A DNA stretch of 64,000 nucleotides, from the NCBI GenBank assembly GCA_000708835.1, contig DF237413.1, positions 10,927-74,926 of the forward strand, in the 5' to 3' direction. Made by a program: the position numbers and the translations under genes. This DNA comes from Klebsormidium nitens (Eukaryota; Plantae; Klebsormidiophyceae). Below the pieces are notes generated by a model that did no database searches, had not been told where the DNA came from, and worked only from the letters and a program-made list of their open reading frames with translations. The stretch's first letter is position 1, and the number at the start of each line of letters is the position of its first letter. Shown here piece by piece: positions 1 through 11,100 of this stretch.

Positions 1-2400
1 GGCGCGCAATCTCAAAGTCCTGCTGCCGCCGCCTCTCTTCCGCCTGCCCGAGCAACCCTCTCAGCCTGCTCATCTCATCCCGTATCTGCTCCTCGTTTGT
101 TTGTCTCCGGGGGACAGAACTGCTGCGGCCGTACCCGTGGCCGGACCCCCCCGCTGTGGACCAAGGCCGCCCGTCGTCCCCCCGCCGCATTTCCCCCTCC
201 CGCTCTAGTTCCAAAAGCAGGGAGTTTCTGTAGATGGGAACGTTTATGTCCAAGCTGCTGAGGAGACACGTGGCAGAGTCTGAGCGATGGAATGTCTTTG
301 TGGGCGATGTGAATAGGCTCGGGGAAAACCCGCTCGATGGGGCACTACGCCGGAAAAGTGGTGCTGGCGTGGGAGAGCGTAAGGGGGAGCAAAAAGGGGA
401 AGCTAGGAACTGGGTTGCCGAGTTTCTCAAAATGGCTCTTCCGAAAAGGGTGCAACCCGGGTCAGCTCTCTCTTTCCGGGGAGTATGGACTCTCTGCTTG
501 GTTGAGGCGTAAAAATCACCCCTAGAGCTGAAACGCCGTCTGGAATTCAATTGTGGGCTGATCTGCACTCCGGTGGATGCTATTTCAGCCATACTGCGGC
601 GAGGGGTGTTGCGCCCTTTTGTTTTTGGACCACCACAGAGGGGGTGGTGCCAGGGGGGGGGGTCATGCGTGGGCGCTCGAGGGGGGGCATGGAGGGTTGG
701 GCGCGGGCCCCCCTGGAACGAGTGGGGGGTCCGAGATGAGTCACGTGGGCTGATCGTATCCTCAGGGGGGGCAGCAAACACAGGCCCAGACCATACACCT
801 GTAAAAAGAATCCGAGATATTTTCTTTGGTCTCAAGAGGGAAGAGGGAACACTCTGAGTTGTGCTGTAAGAAGGGGCAGAGTGTACACGCACAAGAAACC
901 CTGCATAATATCGCAATACCAATCTTCTTGGAAAAGAGCAAGAAGATCATGGCTTGAGTCCTAAGGGACAAAACGACCACCCGAAAAGAGCCACAAGGAC
1001 ACAAGGGCTGTTGGTTGCGCTCAGGAGTAAACAAGCTGGAAAGACTGATCCAATGAAGTTTAAATGGATGGTATGGGATGGGGTCTGTGGTTGCCTGTGG
1101 TAGGAAAGACTGACGGTAGAAAGTGGTCTCAACCTTGTGTTTATCAGACCTGTTATTAGCCGCTCACAAGAGCCTCACTTGAAGGTGAAAGTAGGTGCTT
1201 GGTCGAACAGCTCATAGACCAGGGCTATAACTTTCTCAAACCCCCTCACATGTGAGACCCTAGAGTAGGTAGCTCGTGAGAAGGCAAATGCTTGTGCCAA
1301 GCAGGAAGACACAGTCGCTTGCACAACCCATTTAACTAGTATTGACACCACTTCCTCTTCAACATGGATGTTCCTCCTAGGCAGTCAAAGAGCAGCCACC
1401 AAGGCATCGGCAGAATCTTTCGTGACCTCCTTTCCTTATTAACATGACTGCCAGCCTATTCTGAGAAGTTGAAAGGAAAGTGCTCATGTCTCCAGCTGAC
1501 ATGGACACAAGCAGCAAGAGAGGCTGACTAAGATGTTATCTCCATTTGCCAGCCTGATGCATTCAGATTCTTACTGTCAGACTGACCTCCTAACTTTAAG
1601 AGTGTAACTACATGTTATCAGACAGGCCCTACGCACATCCCCAGTGAGCGCAAGTGTTGGGACTTCGAATCTGGTCAATCTTTGACACCGCCGCAAGGTC
1701 TGCTTGATCCAAAGTCCGCATCCCGCCACGAAAAACAAGGCTCACAGGTCCCTTTAAGTCGGCCCATCTAATATATTGCTCACTTTAACATGGACTCACG
1801 GTTTAAAGCTAGATGACAGCAACTCTTCCAAGACATTTTCGAGGAGCTGCCACTCACCTGGTCGAATTTCTCAAACCCTTCACAAACTCTCAAGAAACCC
1901 TCCACAAAGCCCCTCCCCTGGTGGCTCCTGGCCCCCAAAAAGGGCGCCCTGCTGGCAGATGACGTCAGCTGACAGCCAATGATGATGTCAGCGCGTACCA
2001 CCCCGGAGGGGGTCAGATCCTTGTGAGGAGGGGGGATCTGGTGTGCTTGGACTCCGTACAGGGGATTACTGCCCCCGCCAGGCAGGCATGGTTATCAGAC
2101 CTCCACTGTTTGCGCAGCTCAATCATGCACGTCACGCTTCTAACGTTCTGGGTTCATGGCCAAAGAAGGGTGCCCCACTTTCTTTAGAAAGATGAGAGGT
2201 CTTACTTTGCCTTCCTACCACCCTGTTAGACGGAACGGCTTCCCCACACGCACGTCAGGGCCTTACTGCAGTCTTGTGCAGCCAATGATGATGGATTCTA
2301 GACAGCCAACATGTGATGTCGTTTCTAGAAGCACACCGCCACTCCAGCTTCCCACCTTCGCATACAGCTCAGAAAGGATCCACTTCAAAATTTCAGCTGG
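1..2400 (-). CDS. Partial multi-exon gene of unknown function, running off the left edge
   Basis: Stop-free minus frame from at least 592 to base 1 (…SRGDFYASTKQRVH…EEQIRDEMSRLRGLLGQAEERRRQQDFEIAR). The ORF track misses it because no stop lies in the window. Candidate upstream exons with AG/GT ends at ~1859-1945 (GFVEGFLRVCEGFEKFDQ|gtgagt), ~1640-1700 and ~2358-2398. Exon linkage and start are uncertain. Confidence 0.4.
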
Positions 2401-4002
2401 AAGGTTGTCAGATCAGGCCCCACTTTGATCTCCTTACAATGGGACCGTCTGACAATGAGCAAGAGCAAACGGTGAAAGCGCTTTAGCAGCGGGGCAATGG
2501 AAGTCTGGGTCACGTCGTGGGTGATCCGGCCGCCGCGCCACCGCCACCTGTCATTCGCCGGCCGCTTGCCGCGGTGCTATTGCTAGCGCCCTGCAAGGCG
2601 GAGAGATTGCAAAACTGTTTCCCTGCATTGGGCGTTGTGCAAGCGCCGTGTTGTGCTTCTGACGCTGTGCCCCTTTGCTGATCCTTGACTGAATGATGCA
2701 ATAATGTGTCCCCAACACCGCTACCCATGCTTCAGCAGTGCACAAATCAGGCTGTCGCCCTATGTCACTACGTGCTTCTGACAATGGCTCCCTCTATCTG
2801 AAGCATGCTCGTTGACTTTGCAAGACTGCGGCGGTTGGAACGCCCCCAGTCAACACCCCGAGGAGTGGCGCTGCTGTGGTCACCTGTCAGACGCTCTGTG
2901 TGAGGAGGCAATTCGGGGGAGGTGACAAGCGCTATGTATCCTGTATGTGATTGTCACATGTGCGAGCTCGTGATCCCATGGGCCATAATATATTTGGGAG
3001 AGAAAGGTGCGGAGATAGGGCGGGCCCCGTTTGCTGCATCTTCAAGTGCATCTGGTTTCCAACGCAGCCACGTCCGCCGCGGGCCATGGAGGACAGTTCT
3101 TTGCAGGCTGTATTCGCGAGAATGCATAATGCACGTTCGAGATACGCAATGCCGCGTGAGCTCAGCGGTCGTAGATATTGTTGAACTGGTTCTAAAACAC
3201 TGCTAACCCACATGGTTGGGTCATCGATCGAGACTCGTGACAGCTCCGAGTCCTCTGAGCTCTCCCGGCCGTCGTTTCCTCTCGGGACGTTGTGGAAAAG
3301 TCGGACTCAGGAGTCAGGAATCAGGATGCCCCGGCCACTGTATCACTGTCCATATTTATTTTACTACCGCTGGGCCGCGCGTTCTTAATACATCTGTTTT
3401 ACTACTCACGTTCATGCCCGACACCCGTGCTAGAATCGATACAGTACTTGACGGCTCCGACAGCCAGAGTTGCTGGGCCCGTCAGGCAGCAGGTTCCTGA
3501 CTGCAGTCATGAGCAGAGTGACGAGTCAGCTTGGAGAGCTGTAGCTGAGTTCACATGGGGTCACGCGCAAACGATCCTGCAAATCACATTCTGATTGGCC
3601 GCCGCCCGAATCGTATCTGTCAGAAAATGAATTGCAACGTTCCGAGTTTTGACATCCGTATTGTTCGGACCCCTGTCTTTAATTTCGAATGGCTGAAGCC
3701 CGACGTTCACGTGATCAGCCGCCAGCTGGCAGCGCGAGGGCAGCGCGTGCGCGCCACGCGGTATCAAGTGGCCCGGGCGGCGGGGATAGCCATCGAACCG
3801 TTCGTAAATTCAATGGACGGCTTATGGTGGTCAAAACAAGTCGGGCCTTGTCAGAGACCGGCCCGGGGATTCTGGAACGTAGCCGGACTCCGGAGTCAGA
3901 CTCGGAACACAAGTGACTCAGGAGTCGGTCAAGACTCACCGTGCACCGTCACTCACGAGTCACGACTCAAGAATCAAGATCCTATCAAGAGTCGAGAAAG
4001 AA

Positions 4003-4193
4003 TCTTCAATTTAGCAATAGTAAGCCTTTAGCAAAAGTAAGCTCACCAGTCTGGGACGGGTAGGGTTAGTTTGGGGGTTAGGGTGGGTTCGGGTGCGGAG
4101 CGGGTGTTTTTGTAGGTTAAGTTTTTAGTGTTAGTGTCGGAGCTAATACTAGGTATTGCTAGGGCTCCCGGCTTACTGTTGCTAAATTGAAGA
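4003..4193. mobile_element. Small inverted-repeat (MITE-like) element
   Basis: tcttcaatttagcaatagtaagcc (4003-4026) is the reverse complement of ggcttactgttgctaaattgaaga (4170-4193) with 1 mismatch in 24. The interior is G/T-rich with tagggtt-like words. No target-site duplication seen. Confidence 0.5.
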
Positions 4194-5182
4194 GACATCA
4201 GTCGAGACCCGGAACTCGATTGAAGTCGGGTTTCGGAACATACCGGTAGGTACTCTAAATCATAATGTACTACCTACGTACCGGTAGTACCATACCAACC
4301 CTACTACCCTGTGAAAAAACCCCCAGGCTGTCCTGAAGAGCCAGCAGAATCCCAGATTGGGATCCAGTATTTCTGGCGAAATCATGTGCCAATGAAGCAA
4401 CGGCCGAGGTTAGGACACATGGGCTTCAACAATCCATCACTTTGAAGCTGACGTCTCTGGCGATCGTATCGGAATCATCGGATCCGCGACCAAATCCGTC
4501 GGGCAACCTGAGGGTGACGGTGTTTGACCTGTCACACCTCAGTGTGGCATCTGCTGGTCATCACCGGTCATTGCCGTCCGTACACAGACCCGTCCGGCCA
4601 GGCCAGTCGACAGCTACTAAGGTGTCCACAGTCCAGTATCCCTCCCTTCAATGCCGCCATGAATTCGGTTCATTTTTTGGAACTTAAATACGGTATAGTA
4701 GTAAGCACAGAGTCAATGAAAGATATCCGGCTCAGTGGCGTGAGTATATGGTAGACTGTAGATTCCGATATGGGCAGTACCGTGTCCAGTATTAACTCCA
4801 ACGTTGCATGGTGCCTTCATCATACCGGAAGTGCATGCTCTACGCAAGGCTCAACTTGCCGTGCAAATTAATGCAATGCCGTTGTCTCCGTCAGGTTGCT
4901 TCCATGTCAGAGGAAAACATGGAGTGTCGACTCACCAAAGCTGGATTTTATTACGAGATGTTGCTCATTGTCCGCACCGGATCGCCTTTCCGTCCATTTG
5001 CATTCGCACTAAGCTAGCTAACCTGGTAACGTTCGATTGCCAAGTCCAATGTAAGTGCAAGCTTTGTCCGCACAAAGAAGCTTTCTATGAGATTGTTAAC
5101 AGCCTTTGCCGATTCCGACAATACGTGATTCCTTCACCTATGTTTTTCATCAACACTTTGCCTAGAAGGCCCGTCCTTGGTT

Positions 5183-8100
5183 TCAAGCCTCATCGTCGCT
5201 TCCGTCACTGTCGGAGTCGGAGTCCTCGCTCTCCTCCTTGTTGCCTCTGCTGACGTACGAGCTCTTCGCCACAGAGGTGCGCACGACTGGCTGACGCACT
5301 GGTGCTTCCTCTTCCTCTTCCGCCTCTTCCTCCTCTTCTTCCTCTGACACGTCATCCTCGTCGTCAGTTTCTTCGTCGTCCTCACTTTCTTCCCGCTCGC
5401 TGAGCCTCGGTGCTTCCGCGACGGTTCTCTTGACCGCCCGCAGCACCTCGGGGAGTTCGTCCTCCTGAACGGGAAGAACTCCTGGTTTCAGGCACATCCA
5501 GATTGCACGAAAGAGTGCACAAAAGAAACTTCGGCAAAGTGATGAGTTTGGGTCGCCCAAAGCACAAAGCCCACATCAAGTGCACCTCGCACCGGTGATA
5601 ATGCTCACATAAGGTCGGCTGATCATAGCACTAAGCCGTTTCCCTCTCGTTTACTTCATCGCTAACAGAAAACACACTTCCTCGTGGGGTCGGATGACGT
5701 CCGCAAACTTTGGAGGGGAACACCAAAAGTATTGCTGCCTCCTCCAGCCGCCATTACCATCCTGGTCTGTCACTGCACATCACTTTCCATGCTACTTCTC
5801 GATAGTCTTTTCAAAAGGACGTTCAGAACCGCTGCCGACGCACCCCGCTTCTAGTTGCTCAGGCGAGAACGGACCTCACCGCCCATCACCCCCCGCGGAA
5901 AAGTTCTCACCTCGGTCTTTTGCCGGGCGCCCATTGCCTGGATTCTGGACCTCATGTCCCGCGCCTTCGCCCGTTCGTCCTCCGAGTCGCTCTCTTCCTC
6001 GCTCTCCGACTCGAGGGGATCTCTCGCCGCGTCATCATGCTGTTTTGCCGACGTCACGCTGCTGCGCTGCTGCTTCCCGGCTGACGTCACGCTGGTGTTG
6101 CGGGACTTGTTGGTCGCCTGGCTGGTGGTGGCGGCCAGGCTCTTGGGGAAGGAGAGCGGCTCAGCTTCCGGCGACCAGGCTGCGGAACCAACGGAAACGG
6201 AAACGTGAGAAAGTCCGGAAAGTCCCTTGCTGTAGCACGGAAGTTGATAGGCTCTCGTAGGAGAACCCGCACGTCTCCAAAGATGCACCTTTGCAGAAGG
6301 GGTGATGAAGGCAGCACAGGAAGGTTGAGTGATGATGAAAGCACAGGAGAGCAGAAAGGTGCGACGGGTGAAGCCACTCAAAGAAGATAGGTGTTGGATT
6401 ACGTGTCGACTGAATTATGTAGGATTGTGGCAACTCGTAACGCAATAGCCGTTGGTGATTGTAGGCCTCTCATCAGCCGCGTGACACTCTTGAAAAGTGG
6501 AAAAGAACGTGCCCGGGCAGAGAATCACTGCGGAAGGCAGCGCCAGTAAAACGAAGCACGACCCAAACCGCAAAGATCAGAACGGGGATGAGCAGGGCCC
6601 GGTTTGCAAGCCAGCGGTCCTTGGGGCGCCTTTTTCGTGCAAAAGTCAGCACTGGAAGAGGATTTAAGTGACAGGGTGACGGTCCAAGGATCGCCAGCAG
6701 CTGACTACTGTGATTCCCGCGACACAGAATAGTTGAAAAGTCGACAAGAATGAGGAGTACCCAGGCTCGAAGCAACACCGCAAGGCAGGGCCCAAAGCCA
6801 GAACCCGCCAAATACTCCAATCTACAAGTAAAACGCCAAGAAAGTGCGATCAAGTCGGCTTTCAGCCGACATTCACGAAAACCCACGGCGGCCCCCCTGA
6901 ACGCGGGCCTCGTGAAAGCGGGCCAGCTTACCCGGGGCATCATTCCAGGGAGAGAATGAGCGCGAGGCTGGAACAGGATAAGTGACAACCTTGAGACGCG
7001 AAGATTGTAGAACCGGGCTGTCGCACCTGAAGCGTCTTTCATGCGCGTAACTCAGCACGAGGAACAGGATTAGTGACCACGAAAAGCGGGCCAGCTTACC
7101 CGGGGCGTCTTTCGCGGGCGCGTTCGTGCCGAGAATGAAACCGTGCACGTCCCGGAGCTCCCTCTCCAGGCTCGCAATGCGCTCCTCCGCGGTGCGGCCC
7201 TTGTCGGCCTTTGGGCTGGCCAGAAGAGCCTGCGGGGAAGAGAAGAACACGGTGAGCAAGCCATTGGTCAATCTTTTCAAACTATGACAGCTGTATCAAC
7301 GTTCTTCTTCTGTGCTGCTTACTCGCACGCTAGCTTTTCTGGATTGTTCAGTGAGGAAGCTTTCAAGTGACCGCAAAAGAGGCGTGAGTTTCAGAGCGGC
7401 CAAGGCACTGACTGTCAGCAATCTAAGGTGAGCAACTCGAAAAGCGGCTAAAGCACTGACGGGCAGCAATCTGATTTGTGCATTTGGAGGGCGGAGGAGG
7501 CAGGTTGTGAGAATGACCGAGGGCGTCAGGGGAGGGCACAGAAGCTCTGTATCAGCCCTTCTCGAAAAGCCGCATCTGTTGTCGTGCTTTTTGGAAGATG
7601 AACAGGCAGACGGGAAACGCTCAAAGAGCAAAAGCAAAGGCGTCTTAAGCCATCGACACTTGATTCAAGAAGTGAAGCAGATAAGGGACAACGATTGCCC
7701 GCTAACAGTTCCTTGTGTGACACTTCCCCAATAACTACGACTGCCGGCAACCATTCCTTTTTTTCTAGTGACGTGAACATCTCCAACAATGACAATTGCC
7801 CGCATCCATTTCTTCGTGACGCGGCACGTTTCTTTGTGCCACGTGGCACTCGCGGGGGCTGACCTTGAGGCGGCTCTCGGAGGCGGTGGCGTTGATGCCG
7901 GGGCGGAAGGTGCACTCGGCCATTTCGTGCGCGAGCTTCTCCTGCTTCAGCTTCTCGACGCGCTCCGCGATGCGCGCGCGCTCCACCAGCTGCATCTGGT
8001 ACCACTGCTCCGGGGTCCTGCACAAAGTAAACGTTGCACCGGGGTTTGAGCATGACCTAACACTTACACCTTCTGGATCTGCTTTGGTTTGCACCGGGGT

Positions 8101-11100
8101 GTGAGCATGACCAAATACTTAACCTTCTGGACTTGGTGCCTGAGCTGTGGGAAGGTGTCATTGTGGACTGCTTTAAAGTGCAGTTCCAGAAATTAGGTCC
8201 AGCATGATTGGCTGAGATCCTTGAAAGCCCCAAACAAAGCGTCGGCCATTGTTGGTCACAATCTGGTCAAGCTTTGTCTGAAGGCCCTCTTTTCGCGTTC
8301 TGATGGGCCGATTGCAACGGCAGCCAACAGCTTCACCACAATCGCAGCTGGTCTGTAACGTGGCAGCAGCTGCTCTCAAAAGCTCACAGAGGCTGGACAA
8401 AGGAGCTTCGAGAGAAGATTAAACAGGCGGATAACGGAGGTTGAAAGGATAAGGAGGAAGCACACGGGAGGCCTGGGGTGGCACCCACAAAATGAAACTC
8501 TACCATAACCATAATGTATTATGATAATATGATTTTCCTGAGACCCATGGGGTTAGGAAGGGGTTGTAGGGTGAACACAGGCGAGTTTTCAGATTCTAGC
8601 TTAAGCTTCGTTTTGATCATGCCTTGAGCTTATATTAAGCAACTAGAGGGTTCTACTCACAGGTCGGATCGGCGGCGGCGCTCGGCCATTTCGCGCGACT
8701 TCTTGCCCATCTTGTACGCAAAGGTCATGTCCCGGTTGGACCCCCCCGAGCGGTGGCTGTCGGGGAGGAGGTACTTGCGGGGCCCCGTCTTGCGCCCGTT
8801 CTGCGGCCGTTGGAAGCGCCCGGGTTAGAGGGTGCCAGCAGCAAAAGTTGATCAGGAAAGCAGAGAATGCTGAGACAGTCGGAGAGCGGTTGCTTCTAAC
8901 CTCAAGAGCTTCTTTTTGATCGGTGAAACGACACTTGAACGTTAGCGTTCAGCACCCTCAATAGATGCCGACCTTATGCTATCCCTTTGCACCATAACCC
9001 TCGTACAAATCTGGTCACAGGACGGGATCGCAGATCGAACCGTGTTATTGAGAGGCCGAAAGGACACTTCCGAAGAATCCCGTGTTGCATGCTGAGGGTT
9101 GGATCGTAGACAAGTGGCGGCCGCTGCTTTTGACTTCGTCGCCCCTCCTCCGTTTCTGAGAGAACCAATTGGCGACTCGAGATGGGGCCGCACTCCCAAT
9201 CTTTTGCGTGCCTAGTTCTGCGCTACCCACAAAATCCGGGGACAAAGTTGCCACGTGTCCTTGAAAAATTCGTCGCGCACTCACCAGTACAGCGGTCATG
9301 AGCTCGGTGAACTTGTCGAAGGTGACCACCGGGTCTTCTCCCGCCAGCCTAGTTGCCTCCTGGATGTCCTCCTTCACCTCGATGTCGAGAGGCTCCAAGT
9401 CGGAGGTGGCAAGATCCACGGTGCCGTCCTGTAAGCAGAAAATCGCAAATGACGTCAGACCGGTAAAGCGAATGGCCGAGTGCCATTGAATGCGTACTGA
9501 AGCTGGGTAGCTGAATCCTATGGACTGATTTGCCTGAGCAACGGAAAGGAGACCGGCTGCGTCCAGGTTGGTCCAAGGACGCCGTTAAATCGCCGAGGTG
9601 CTATGCTGACGGCAGCAAACAAAGCCACATCGAGATACAATATAGTGGTGCTTGGAGCTGCCAGTGCGCAACCTTTTACCATGTCGAAGCACAGAATGGC
9701 CAAAACCCCTCGCAAGGGGTACGTCGAAGATTCGTGGAGTCGTATCGGCGGCGGGATTGCGGATCCGCATCCCTACTCAACTCTGATATACTCTCATTAT
9801 CGATACAGAATCGTAACCCCAAAATCATCCCTTCACCAAATGATCGAATGCCAAAAAGCCCAAAACCCCTGATTTTCCCACCTTGTCCTTGTCGAGGTAC
9901 TTGAAGATCTGCTGGAAGCGGCGGCCGCGCATGCGGTGGAGCAGGTCGAGCGACGCCTTGTTGACGTACTTTTTGTTGGCGGCCTCCTCCGCCGCCTCGC
10001 GCTCGCGCTCCGCCATGAACTCCTTCTTGTCGCCGAACTCGTGCCGGATGCTGTACAGATACTCGCCCACGTTCTTGCGCCGCTGCAAAGAAAAATAGAA
10101 ATGATGACCATCAGAACATGGATCCAAGTTTGCCTTCTGATTGACTTTCAGCAGCTGCTCTTCTTGGTCAGACACGTGCCGGACTTTGTATAGGTACTTG
10201 CCCACGTTTTTGCGCCGCTGCAGCGATGGTCTGTAAGCGTTAGTGTCAAAAAAACTACAACTGTGCTGAGACCAAACGAATCGATGTTCTTCTCTGGATC
10301 GTTTCCAGAGAGTAAACATCTCTCGTGCAAAAAGGTGTGTAGATTCGCACTCAGAATAATGCGGAACGAGCGAAAGACTCTAGAGGCCTCATTTTAGTTG
10401 CATATATGTGAGAGCGTTTGGTTCTGGTTCTCCGCATCGAGATCTGAAGGGCCTTCCTGGCCAACGCGGTACTTGTGGTCTTCTTAAAGCAGCCCTCCAT
10501 ACTGAAACCAATTCACCAGCATCTTGAAGCGACATAGCCGTCGCCGCGCGCTCTCAATCTGGGCGGACGTCCTTTCTGGGTCTTGAACGGTAGCTGGTCA
10601 GGCTGCTCAGAACCTGTCTAAATTCGGTTAAGTTTCTGGTCAACAGCAAACAATCGCAAAAGAGTATTGTCCTTCATCGCCCACCTTGAAGCTGGGCGGA
10701 CGTCCGATCTGGGGCTTGAACAGCGTGCGTCCGGTGGCTGCGTCCACGGGCTTCTGCAGCTCCGCCTTGAGCTTGTCGCGCTTGGCCTGGATCTGCTGCG
10801 CGGACCGGTACAGCCGGTCAAACAGGTCCGCATCCACCTCCTCGTCCGAATCCGCCTCGGACTTGGATCGGGACTTGGTCACACGGTTGGGCTGGAATGT
10901 CACGCTGCAAGGATAGGGGGACGGGCTTCAGCTTCGTAATGGGACGAGACTCTCAATAGTTCTCAAGTTGGGTCACTTTCTTTCTGTGGGAGCAGCATTC
11001 TCGACCTAAAACTCACTTGACTTCGAAGAGACTGCACTGCCTAAATGTTTGCGAAGAGTTGACAGGGATCGCGACATTAAGAGTATCAAGTGTATCTCTT

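Noticed and set aside
596-800. G-run region as a possible TIR element
   Set aside because: The flanking inverted similarity is too short and gapped to support.
5015-5050. GTTCGA T-loop-like word suggesting a tRNA
   Set aside because: I could not fold an acceptor stem, D-arm or anticodon arm around it. The same applies to similar words near 3136 and 61825.
8040-8135. ~57-nt-offset intronic tandem duplication
   Set aside because: It is real but purely intronic, includes no splice junction, and has no functional implication, so it was not counted among the exon echoes.
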